DNA of 12,470 bases, from contig JBHLME010000131.1 in NCBI GenBank assembly GCA_048938445.1, forward strand, positions 1 to 12,470. Reading direction: 5' to 3'. Both the position numbers and the translations under genes were made by a program. Under the pieces are notes generated by a model that worked only from the letters and a program-made list of their open reading frames with translations, was not told the origin of the DNA and did no database searches. This stretch comes from Promethearchaeota archaeon (GTDB lineage Archaea > Asgardarchaeota > Lokiarchaeia > Sigyniarchaeales > SOKP01). Below are positions 1 through 8,800 of the stretch, piece after piece; the first letter of the stretch is position 1, and each line of letters opens with the position of its first letter.

Positions 1-149
1 ATGCAGTAGGAGCAGATATCCTCACAACAGAATGTCCATTTTGTAAGACAAACTTGACTGATGCCAATAATCTCTATGATCATGGGTTAAAAGTTATTGG
101 GTTACTCCAAATGATTGATGAGTACGATTTAATAGAAATTTCAGGATAA
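1..149 (+). CDS. 3' end of a CCG-domain (Fe-S)-binding oxidoreductase (HdrD/GlpC-like); partial at the window edge
   Basis: Not in the ORF track. Manual translation from nt 3 gives AVGADILTTECPFCKTNLTDANNLYDHGLKVIGLLQMIDEYDLIEISG* (TAA at 147-149). 'GADILTTECPFC' matches the terminal CxxC of the CX31-39CCX35-36CXXC (CCG) motif. Confidence 0.85.
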   Translation, partial: AVGADILTTECPFCKTNLTDANNLYDHGLKVIGLLQMIDEYDLIEISG

Positions 150-161
150 TTTAAATATTAA

Positions 162-170
162 TTTTTTTTT
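162..170 (+). terminator. Putative archaeal oligo-T terminator
   Basis: T9 run 12 nt after the stop codon of the CCG-domain gene. The AT-rich background weakens the signal. Confidence 0.45.
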
Positions 171-224
171 CTAGTTATTTACTTATACTTTAATCATCAT
201 AAACTAACTGATATCACTAATTAT

Positions 225-239
225 CGAAAGGTATAAATA
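225..239 (+). promoter_or_regulatory. Putative archaeal promoter (BRE + TATA box) for the plsY-kinase gene
   Basis: CGAAAG immediately followed by GTATAAATA, about 70 nt upstream of the ATG at 310; fits the purine-rich BRE / TATA arrangement. Confidence 0.55.
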
Positions 240-309
240 TTAACCTTACAAAACTACTAATATTAGTAAATTGGGATAAATTTAATTTTAAACATACTAT
301 TGAAAAGCC

Positions 310-1539
310 ATGCAATCAATTCAGTTTTTCGTCAATTTATTTAGTCTAATAATTGGATATTTTTTAGGATCTATTTTACCAGCATATTTTTTTGGTAAGT
401 TAAAAGGTATGGATATCAGAGAAGAAGGTACTCGTAATGCTGGAACTACAAATGCATTTCACGTATTAGGTCTTACATATGCCATTCCAACAGCATTTTA
501 TGATACTTTAAAAGGATTATTTGCAATGCTCATTGCGTACTTTTTAGGTGCGGATTTCTTCTTTGTACAACTAACTGGAATTTTAGTAATTATAGGACAC
601 GTGTTTCCATTTTATATTAATTTTCGTGGAGGTCAAGGTGTTGCTACTGCAACAGGAATTATCCTTTATTATCTATGGATTTATATTTTTAGTGGATTAG
701 GATTAGAAATTTTTTTTGCTATCGGATTTTGTATAATAATCGTGATAATTTTTACATATATAACAAAAATGGGGAGTATTTTACCGATTTTAGTATTTCC
801 GATTCTTGATTTTTCATTATTTGTCTTTTATCCCGAATTGTTGATATATAATTTGTTTTTTACTTTAGTAAGCTTGCATATAATGATTATTGGACTTTAC
901 AAAATTATCACTGAAAAAAAAATAAAAATAGAAGACGAGACATTTTTGTCCCACTGGTGGCGTGTTGCAATAAGACCCCTTGCAATATTATTTATTATTT
1001 TTTATTTTATTATGGGTAAAGGTTTTGCTATAGTCCTCGTTGGTTTGGTCGTCTGTGTTTTTTTGATAATTGATATAACTAGAATCCTTCATAAACGCAC
1101 CAATGAGCTACTTACACAAAGAATTAAGTATATATTTAAGAAAACTGAAGAAAAAAGATTTTCATCAATGACAATCTTTTTGATTGCAACTTTTTTTTCA
1201 ATTCTGTTATTTCAGGAAAATATTGCAATAACAGCTGTGGTTTTTCTCATTTTTGGAGATATATTCAGTAAAATATTTGGCTTGTCTTTTGGACGTCATA
1301 AATTATTTGAAAAAACAGTTGAAGGAACACTAGCTTTTTTTGGAAGTGTCTTGATTAGTGGATATTTTATTTATTTTTCTCTATTACCCACCGAATATAT
1401 TATTTCACTATTAGTTTTATTTTTTGGAGGGCTTATGGCACCAATAGCAGAAATTATTCCAATTGACATTAATGATAATTTTACAATTCCGATATTAAGC
1501 GGAGCAACTATGTTTGTGGCAGTATTTTTTGGATTATAA
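310..1539 (+). CDS. plsY: Membrane protein: PlsY-family glycerol-3-phosphate acyltransferase fused to a C-terminal CTP-dependent kinase domain (phytol/dolichol/DAG kinase; VTE5/Sec59/Dgk1-like)
   Basis: The N-terminal half has the PlsY motifs GYFLGSI..DIREEGTRNAGTTN, DTLKG and GHVFP..FRGGQGVAT. The C-terminal half has GDIFSKIFG..FGRHK..EKTVEGT and DNFTIP, typical of the CTP-transferase-like kinase family. Hydrophobic throughout. Confidence 0.85.
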   Translation: MQSIQFFVNLFSLIIGYFLGSILPAYFFGKLKGMDIREEGTRNAGTTNAFHVLGLTYAIPTAFYDTLKGLFAMLIAYFLGADFFFVQLTGILVIIGHVFPFYINFRGGQGVATATGIILYYLWIYIFSGLGLEIFFAIGFCIIIVIIFTYITKMGSILPILVFPILDFSLFVFYPELLIYNLFFTLVSLHIMIIGLYKIITEKKIKIEDETFLSHWWRVAIRPLAILFIIFYFIMGKGFAIVLVGLVVCVFLIIDITRILHKRTNELLTQRIKYIFKKTEEKRFSSMTIFLIATFFSILLFQENIAITAVVFLIFGDIFSKIFGLSFGRHKLFEKTVEGTLAFFGSVLISGYFIYFSLLPTEYIISLLVLFFGGLMAPIAEIIPIDINDNFTIPILSGATMFVAVFFGL

Positions 1540-1640
1540 ATTTTTATTTTGATAATTTAATTTATTTCTAATAGATTCTTAATAACATAAGGTTTTTAAT
1601 TATCAATTGAAAACTAAAAGAATACTGAAATTAATTAATG

Positions 1641-2045
1641 TTAATCATCCTTTACTAACCATTCTTTAGCATCTTCAATTGAATCAAATGGTTTGGCACC
1701 AATTTTAGAAAACTTATTTACAACATTTAAAAAGATCTTCTTTACCCCAGTTATTCCAAGAACTGCGGTTTTTTTTGAAATTGGTCCTGCAACTTTTCCA
1801 GCATTACTAAAAGCGTCAACAGTTTCTTTTATTGCATAACTTCCTCTAACATCAACAAGCCCTAAGATCTCCGTCTTACCTGATTCCATCGTTAATTTTA
1901 AAATAGCATTAACTAGGGCAGGAAATTTACTCCCTTGAAGATTTCTATAATCATCATAGAGGATTTCTTTTCCTTTATAAGTTATCCAACTCTGGCGCTT
2001 CTTTGCTTCTTCCAAGATATCTTTATCTATGTGGTTCTCAGACAT
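1641..2045 (-). CDS. SpoIIAA-like / STAS-SEC14 domain small protein
   Basis: 134 aa alpha/beta pattern with 'LVDVRG', 'KTAVLG' and a C-terminal 'FDSIEDAKEWL' (F-x-x-x-E-x-A-x-x-W-L) typical of SpoIIAA-like proteins. Confidence 0.65.
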   Translation of the reverse strand: MSENHIDKDILEEAKKRQSWITYKGKEILYDDYRNLQGSKFPALVNAILKLTMESGKTEILGLVDVRGSYAIKETVDAFSNAGKVAGPISKKTAVLGITGVKKIFLNVVNKFSKIGAKPFDSIEDAKEWLVKDD

Positions 2046-2162
2046 TTTACATCAATGACGTAATTATTTATTAAAACGATAATGAATTACATTCATTTAA
2101 ATTTATAGATAAAATAAAATTTGCTTTAAAGATTTCAAAGGAAAAATGATTAAGATTATCGT

Positions 2163-2618
2163 TCAATAAATACCATTATTTTGTTTCTGTTTAATAGGTT
2201 TGAGGACAACGCAAACACGCTCAACACTCTTTACATCACTGCGTCCTCTAAAATTTTCTAATAATGCATCTAGTTCGGTAATTTCTGGAACACGGACTTT
2301 AATCAACACGCCACATTGTCCTGCCAAGAAATATACTTCTTCGCATTGAGGAATGATTTGAGCTTCCCGTAAAAGATCCTTAATTTGAGTTTCTTCCGTG
2401 GGCATAACGGTTACAAATGCCATTATTCCAGAATCTTCCTCTCGACATACCTTGATCGTGAATTTTTCGATAACGTTATCCTCTTGGAGCCTAATAACTC
2501 GTTTTCGAACAGTTGATTCGCTCAATCCAATCTCATCTGCAATTTCGCGATAAGGTCTTCTTGAATCTTCTATCAGCATTTCTAATATTCTTTTATCCTT
2601 TTCATCCATATTTTTCAT
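2163..2618 (-). CDS. Lrp/AsnC family transcriptional regulator
   Basis: MDEKDKRILEMLIEDSRRPYREIADEIGLSESTVRKRVIRLQEDNVI is a classic AsnC-type HTH, followed by a RAM-domain-sized C-terminus. The start may instead be the second Met (2609). Confidence 0.93.
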   Translation of the reverse strand: MKNMDEKDKRILEMLIEDSRRPYREIADEIGLSESTVRKRVIRLQEDNVIEKFTIKVCREEDSGIMAFVTVMPTEETQIKDLLREAQIIPQCEEVYFLAGQCGVLIKVRVPEITELDALLENFRGRSDVKSVERVCVVLKPIKQKQNNGIY

Positions 2619-2648
2619 TTCATTCCCATCCTGTTTCTTTTCATTAAA

Positions 2649-2656
2649 TATATAAA
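2649..2656 (-). promoter_or_regulatory. Candidate TATA box for the Lrp gene
   Basis: TTTATATA on the - strand, 30 nt upstream of the ATG at 2618. It is preceded by a T-run, which could also terminate metF, rather than by a clear BRE. Confidence 0.35.
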
Positions 2657-2702
2657 AAAAAATTATAATTAAATATAAAAAAATATCATAGATATTTAGT
2701 TT

Positions 2703-3671
2703 TTAATAAAAGTCTTTTGCATATTCAGGGTAATCTCCTAATAATGGAGCAAATAGTCTCTCGTATTCTACTGCCATGCAATGTACTCCACTTGCTTTTG
2801 AGTTCTCCTTAATCTCCTTAATGAAAGGTTTAAAGAATTCAACGTTTACTTTATCTAGTGCAGCATATTTTGCCTTTTTATCTCCTTTATTTTCCTTCTC
2901 TGCTGTTTTGAGTGCTTTAAGTAATTCTTTGGGCACGCTTACACCAGGAATATAGTTGTCAAAATACCAAGCTATTCCATGGCTTTTCATGGGAAATACT
3001 CCTAACAGTATTGGCACGTTAAATCTAGATAATTCCTTTATGAATTCTTTTGCTACATCAATATCGAATGCTGTTTGTGTCTGAATGAAGTCAATACCCT
3101 GTTCGACTTTTCTTCCCACTTTAAGGATTTCAGGTTCCATGAATTCTCCCATTGCATTCGGATTCGCGACACAACCATAATTCATCTCAACCTTGCCCCC
3201 AGTTATCTCGTTGCCTTCGTAATCAGTACCTTCATCAATAATTTTTGATAGGAGTTCACAGAACTGAGTGCTATCAATATCATAAGAGGGACGAGCTTTC
3301 TTGTTATCTCCTAGAGCGGTATGATCTCCTGTTAATACGAGAATGTTTTTTAATCCCATATATGCTCCAGCAATCACATCTCCAAATAATGCAACTCGAT
3401 TGCGATCTCTCACAGCTACTTGCCAAACTGCTTCAATTTTAGCATCTCTCTGAACTACATAACTTGGAACTAAAGAAGACATGTATGCATCTCCTTGAGG
3501 TCCATCAGTTACGTTAGCAGCAATTATTCGATTAGTTTTCTTCATTTCTTTGGCAGAATGAATGATTTCAGTCATGTCCATTATTTTCTTAGGTTCGAGC
3601 TCTCCTGTGAATACAAAATGTCCTGCTTCGAGTGCTTTACATAATTTACTATATGCTGGTCGTTTAGGCAT
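2703..3671 (-). CDS. metF: Methylenetetrahydrofolate reductase, flavin-binding subunit
   Basis: Motifs FTGELEP, NVTD, VRDRNR, LVLTGD, FIQTQ..FD and GVHCM. Start revised from 3704 to ATG 3671 (MPKRPAYS): it follows the metV stop as TAA-A-ATG and has GGAGG at 3684-3688. The MRKKRRRRR extension is only the alternative frame of the metV tail. Confidence 0.92.
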   Translation of the reverse strand: MPKRPAYSKLCKALEAGHFVFTGELEPKKIMDMTEIIHSAKEMKKTNRIIAANVTDGPQGDAYMSSLVPSYVVQRDAKIEAVWQVAVRDRNRVALFGDVIAGAYMGLKNILVLTGDHTALGDNKKARPSYDIDSTQFCELLSKIIDEGTDYEGNEITGGKVEMNYGCVANPNAMGEFMEPEILKVGRKVEQGIDFIQTQTAFDIDVAKEFIKELSRFNVPILLGVFPMKSHGIAWYFDNYIPGVSVPKELLKALKTAEKENKGDKKAKYAALDKVNVEFFKPFIKEIKENSKASGVHCMAVEYERLFAPLLGDYPEYAKDFY

Positions 3672-3672
3672 T

Positions 3673-4368
3673 TTATTTCTTCTCCTCCTTCTTTTCTTCC
3701 TCATTAGTGAGTGGTTTATTTATTTGAATATAGGCAGGACTCGTAGCTGATCGATAATCTCGTGCGGGACGATAAACCTTGAATAGATCTAGCCTATTAA
3801 ATTTCTTTAATCTCTTGTAGATCTCTATCCACGCACAAGGATTTTTATAACCGCCAACTTCACACATTCCGTCGACAGTTCCTCCACAAGGTCCATTATT
3901 CAAATGCTTCGCACATCCAGCAATGGGACAAACACCTCCAGTTACTCCTAATAAACAATTTCCACACGTTTCACAGTATTGAATGAAGTTGTTTTCACCA
4001 TTATTTTGCACTCCACCAAATTGGCTATTTTGTGCTGGAAATGTTAAAATCTTATCAGCAACTTTATTGAGCATCACGACTCCCAGACCACAAGCTAATG
4101 ATAAAATTGCTTCATATTCGTCGGTAAATGGTCTTACTGTAGTTGCAGCAATCCTGTCATCACATTGTCTTAAAACAGTGATAGCTTTCCAAGTTAGCTT
4201 TTTGCCCTCAGTTTGATATTTTAATTCTAGGAGCTGTCCAAGAACAATAGCCTCATTGATCGAGCGTGGCGGCTGGCAACAACCATCACAACCCGCGATG
4301 AGAATCTTTTTGTAGTCTTTCACCATTGCGTATAGTTCGTTTATATCTTTTTGTTGCGTAATTATCAT
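3673..4368 (-). CDS. metV: Methylenetetrahydrofolate reductase Fe-S/Zn subunit (MTHFR C-terminal domain protein)
   Basis: GCDGC, RQCD, ACGLG, CETCGNC, CPIAGCAKHLNNGPCGG..C..CAWIEIYKRL. Lies directly upstream of metF; GGAG at 4379-4382. Confidence 0.9.
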   Translation of the reverse strand: MIITQQKDINELYAMVKDYKKILIAGCDGCCQPPRSINEAIVLGQLLELKYQTEGKKLTWKAITVLRQCDDRIAATTVRPFTDEYEAILSLACGLGVVMLNKVADKILTFPAQNSQFGGVQNNGENNFIQYCETCGNCLLGVTGGVCPIAGCAKHLNNGPCGGTVDGMCEVGGYKNPCAWIEIYKRLKKFNRLDLFKVYRPARDYRSATSPAYIQINKPLTNEEEKKEEKK

Positions 4369-4453
4369 ATTACTTTTTCTCCAATTTTTTCATTTTTTTT
4401 TAAATTATTTTGATTAAATTTCCTTTATCATATATTTTTCAAAAAGTTATTAT

Positions 4454-5335
4454 TTAAGTAGTTAATTTTTCAATTAGTTTATCTGGTTTCACGCTTCTTT
4501 GCTTTAAATTTATATCTTCGAGAGATACACCTAAAGCAATTGCCATTATTTCTGGTAGATAAATTACAGGTATATCCAAATCTTTACCTGTCTTTCTTGC
4601 AATTACTTTCTCCTTTCTATCATATTGTGTCACACATGCTGGACAAACAGCTATTAACGCATCAATATCTTCTTCAAGTTCGCATAATTCCGTCATTTTA
4701 TCTTCTACTAATTTCTCACCAATTTCATCTTGTAAGCGGGCACAATAACCACAACATTCAAGTTTATTAGCAAAATCAACTGTTTTAGCACCTAATGCTT
4801 TTAGGATTACATCTATCCTTTCAGGCTTTTCAGGATGGTCAAATTGCATGATTTTACTAGGTCGGACGAGATGACATCCATAATGGACAGCAAAGGTAAA
4901 ATCGTCTAATGGCTTTACAAGTGATTTTTTAATTTTTTCCAGCCATTCAGGTTGACTGAATAATTCTACCATATGGACAACTTTAGTAGTTCCCTTATAT
5001 TCATAGTTTATTTTCTTCAATATTTCATTGATCTTCTTCTTATGTTCTGGATCTTCTTCTAATAAAACACTAACGGTTTTTAGTGTTTCATAACATCCTG
5101 AACAAATTGTCATTACATCATTCCCCATTTTTTCGGCTATTGCTAAATTCCTTGCGCCAAGTGTTAACCACGTGTCTATATTTAGAGATTGTAAGGATAC
5201 GGGTTCCGGACAGCAGCTCACTCCTTCCATCTCCTTTAGATTTATACCTAAAACGCTTGAAACCTCTCGAAATGCTTTTTCTAGGTAAGGTTGCTTTAAT
5301 GGGATATTACATCCTAAAAATATTGCAAAATCCAT
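4454..5335 (-). CDS. hdrB: Heterodisulfide reductase subunit B family protein
   Basis: Two CCG motifs: FLGC..SCCP..CSGC and HYGCH..ECCG..CPAC. The start overlaps the hdrC stop (TAATG). Confidence 0.95.
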   Translation of the reverse strand: MDFAIFLGCNIPLKQPYLEKAFREVSSVLGINLKEMEGVSCCPEPVSLQSLNIDTWLTLGARNLAIAEKMGNDVMTICSGCYETLKTVSVLLEEDPEHKKKINEILKKINYEYKGTTKVVHMVELFSQPEWLEKIKKSLVKPLDDFTFAVHYGCHLVRPSKIMQFDHPEKPERIDVILKALGAKTVDFANKLECCGYCARLQDEIGEKLVEDKMTELCELEEDIDALIAVCPACVTQYDRKEKVIARKTGKDLDIPVIYLPEIMAIALGVSLEDINLKQRSVKPDKLIEKLTT

Positions 5336-5868
5336 TATTTAATCTCCTCCACTTTTTTTAATAATTCTTTCAAACCAGTTTCTTCAAATATGAATTGTAT
5401 TTCATCAAGTTTTGGACCGATTACTTCGGGTAATCCTAACCTTTCTCGTCGTTTGTCAATATTTTTTTTCATTCCTTCTGTATAAGGAATTACAAAGCCA
5501 TTCTCGAGAATAGTTATCACGCTACTAGAGTATTCTTTTGGAATTTTACCTTCTTGTGCAGCCATGCTTCGCAATAAAGCAAGAATAAATGAATAATCTA
5601 CATTTTTTGGACATCGCTCTGTACATCTATGACATAAGGAACAAGTCCAGATTGCTTGACTTGATAGCACTTCTTCTTTAAGTCCTAACAAGCAAGATGC
5701 GACAACCCGATGAGGTTGTAAGTCTACATATTCAGTAACCGTGCATCCAGAACTACACACTCCACATTGAATACATTTAAGCAGCGATTTTGCACCCACT
5801 TTCTGGCTTATTTCGTATCTAAAATTCTTGTCCAACTCACTCGCTTTTTTTGCTAATCTTTGGGTCAT
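5335..5868 (-). CDS. hdrC: Heterodisulfide reductase subunit C
   Basis: Two 4Fe-4S motifs, CIQCGVCSSGC and IWTCSLCHRCTERCP, plus the C-terminal 'RRERLGLP'. Lies between hdrA and hdrB. Confidence 0.95.
   Translation of the reverse strand: MTQRLAKKASELDKNFRYEISQKVGAKSLLKCIQCGVCSSGCTVTEYVDLQPHRVVASCLLGLKEEVLSSQAIWTCSLCHRCTERCPKNVDYSFILALLRSMAAQEGKIPKEYSSSVITILENGFVIPYTEGMKKNIDKRRERLGLPEVIGPKLDEIQFIFEETGLKELLKKVEEIK
5344..5350 (-). promoter_or_regulatory. Shine-Dalgarno site for hdrB
   Basis: GGAGGAG 8 nt upstream of ATG 5335, inside the last codons of hdrC. Confidence 0.7.
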
Positions 5869-5870
5869 TT

Positions 5871-8800
5871 TTATGCCACCTCCTTTGCTTTGATAATTTT
5901 ATCACCTTTTTTAGTTCTTGGTCCTAATTCTTTAACCTTTTCAACAAATTCGGTTACTACTTGGGAAAATCGTTTTCCTTCACTTGCAGACACCCATTCA
6001 AGGCGATATCGTTCAGGATTAATTCCCACTTTATGAAGTATATCCTTTAACTCATTGTACCTATTTAACATGTCATAATTTCCTTCTAAATAGTGGCAAT
6101 CTCCAATATGACAACCTCCAATAAAAACACCATCTGCTCCTTCTAAAAATGCTTGTAAGATGAAGCTTTTTGGAATTCTACCTGTACACATTACTCGTAT
6201 CGGTCTTATATTCGTAGGATATTGGAATCTGCTTACACCACACGTATCTGCTCCCGCATAACTACACCAATTGCATAAAAATGCAACTATACGCGGTCTT
6301 TCATCCACATAATCACCTTTAACTGCTTCAGCAATCATTGGATAAATTTGTTCATCAGCAAAATGGCTCATAGTAATTGCACCTGCTGGACACGCAGCGG
6401 CGCAATCACCACATCCCTTGCACAATAGTGGATTGGATTCTGAGACTAAGACCTCATTATCGAAATTTACTCCAATTGCTCCAAAGTTACATACTTTTTC
6501 ACATTCTTGACATGCAATACATAAAGCTGGATTAACTACTGAAACCAATGGTTCATTCTCAACTTCACCTGAAATGAGTGGTATTAATGCATGTGCAGCA
6601 GCTCCCCTCGCTTGTGAAATGGAATCTGCAATGCCTTTTGGCCCATGACAAGTGCCTGCCAGATATATTCCATCTGTGGCAAAATCAACAGGTCTTAGCT
6701 TGACATGTGCTTCCAAGAAGAATCCTTTCTGGTCACGAGCACATTTTATTAATTCTCCTAATAATTTGGTATCATGAGGAACTAATGGAGTAGAAAGGAC
6801 TACTTTATCAGCATCGATCGTCAAGTCAACTTGTGTCAAAATATCAGTAACTTTCACTGATAATTTTCCATTTTTTTTCTCTACTTTAGGATATTCATTG
6901 AATCTGATATAATTAACGTTTTCCCTGGCTTTCCAATAGTATTGCTCTTCATCTGCTCCTACTCTAATATCACGGTATAAAACAAAAATATTAGAATTTG
7001 GATAGTTCTCTTTTACATAAAGAGCATGTCTTATCGATTCAGAACAACAAATTAATGAACAATAAGTAAAACCATTTCCTCCTTCGGGCTGCCTTGAACC
7101 AACGCAGTGAATGAAAACAAGCGTTTCTCCATCTTTAAGTTTATTGTCTCTTAGCTTTTCTGAAAATTCAAGTTGGGTCATCACCTTGTCGCTCATTCCC
7201 TTCTCGCCATAGTAATACCATCCCTCTGGTTTATACTCATAAGCTCCAGTTGCCACCACGATTACACCGACATTCAAATCTATATCTTTCTCTTTATTTT
7301 TTACCTTTATCTTGAAATCCCCAATCGATCCTTTAACATCAACCACTTCAGAATTAAGATAAGTCACTATATTTTTATGAGCATTAAATTCATTTATTTT
7401 TTCTTCCAGAAATTGTTTAGAATCAATTTTATCGAAGTTAATCTTATAAATTAGATTTAATTGTCCACCTAATTTATCTTTATTTTCCACCAAGTGAACT
7501 TTGAATCCCTTATTAGCAATTTCAATAGCCGAGCTAATTCCAGTAATTCCTCCTCCTATAACGAGAGCTTCCGGTACAACATTACCTTTAATTTTTATTT
7601 CTGGTTTTTGATATTGCACACGTGCAACTCCCATCCTTATGAGATCTTTTGCTTTATCAGTGGCTCTTTTATTATCATGCATGTGTACCCAGGAGTCTAA
7701 TTCCCTGATGCTTACGAAATTAAATAAATACTCATTCAAGCCTGCCTCTCTGATCGTCTTTTGAAAGAGTGGTTCATGAGTTCTTGGAGTACATGCCGCT
7801 ACAACAATTCTATTTAAGTCAAGCTCTTCTATTTTTTCTTTTATGATATCTTGGGTTAATTGAGAACAGCTATATTTATTTTCCATGCTATAAACCACAT
7901 TAGGAAGGGTTTTAGAATACTCTACCAATTCTGGAACATCCATATAACCAGCAATATTAATTCCACACCTACAAATAAATACGCCTATTCTTGGTTCATC
8001 AAGAGGATTAACTATTTTCAAAGGTGGGAGTTCTACCTTTGTTTCTTCATCGCTTAGTGGTACTGCATGAGTTGCAGCTAATGCTGCAGCACCTCCTGCT
8101 TTCGCAACAGAATTAGCGATATCATCTGGAGATTGACAAGATCCAGAAACATATATACCTTCTTGTGTGGATCTTAAATCTTCCGTTGAATCCTTAGTCT
8201 TAAAAAATCCTAATTCATTCGTTTCAATGTTTAGAATTTTAGCTAATTTATCCGCATCTTTTCTAGGAGTCACGGCATTCGCAAGTACAACTAAATCAAA
8301 TTCACTAACTTCAACATCACCCGTGTCTAAGTTAGCATGTTTAACAAATAGGTTTTTATTTTCTGTATTTTCTCTAATATCACCTGGTATTCCCCTATAA
8401 TAGGTGAGACCATATTCCTCTTTAGCTCGCTCAATAAATTCTTCTTGATTTTTTCCTATAACCCGAATGTCATTGAAAAAGATCGTAACACTTGTATCAG
8501 GTGCATGTTCTCGCGTTATTACTCCTTCCTTAGTTTGGTACATGCAACAAAATTTTGAACAATAAGCACATAAGTCTTCATTTCTAGAGCCTACACAACT
8601 AATAAATGCTATATTATGTGCATGTTCACCATCTGAAGGACGCAATAATTCTCCCCCAGTGGGACCAGAGGCACTTAACAACCGTTCATATTGCATTGCT
8701 GTAATTACATTAGGATATTCTCCATAATGATACCTGTCTAATAATGAAGCATCGAGTTGATCGAATCCAGTAGCAACAATAATTGATGCGATATCGTATT

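Noticed and set aside
2104-2165. Possible TGA read-through after the Lrp gene (and likewise after the vWA gene at 11678-11680)
   Set aside because: Both proteins appear complete, the downstream frames are short AT-rich sequence, and I recognised no SECIS-like hairpin.
3672-3704. Arg-rich N-terminus MRKKRRRRRNK on MetF (looks like an NLS or Tat signal)
   Set aside because: It is an artefact of the longest-ORF start. It is the alternative frame of the metV EEEKKEEKK tail, which contains the SD for the ATG at 3671.
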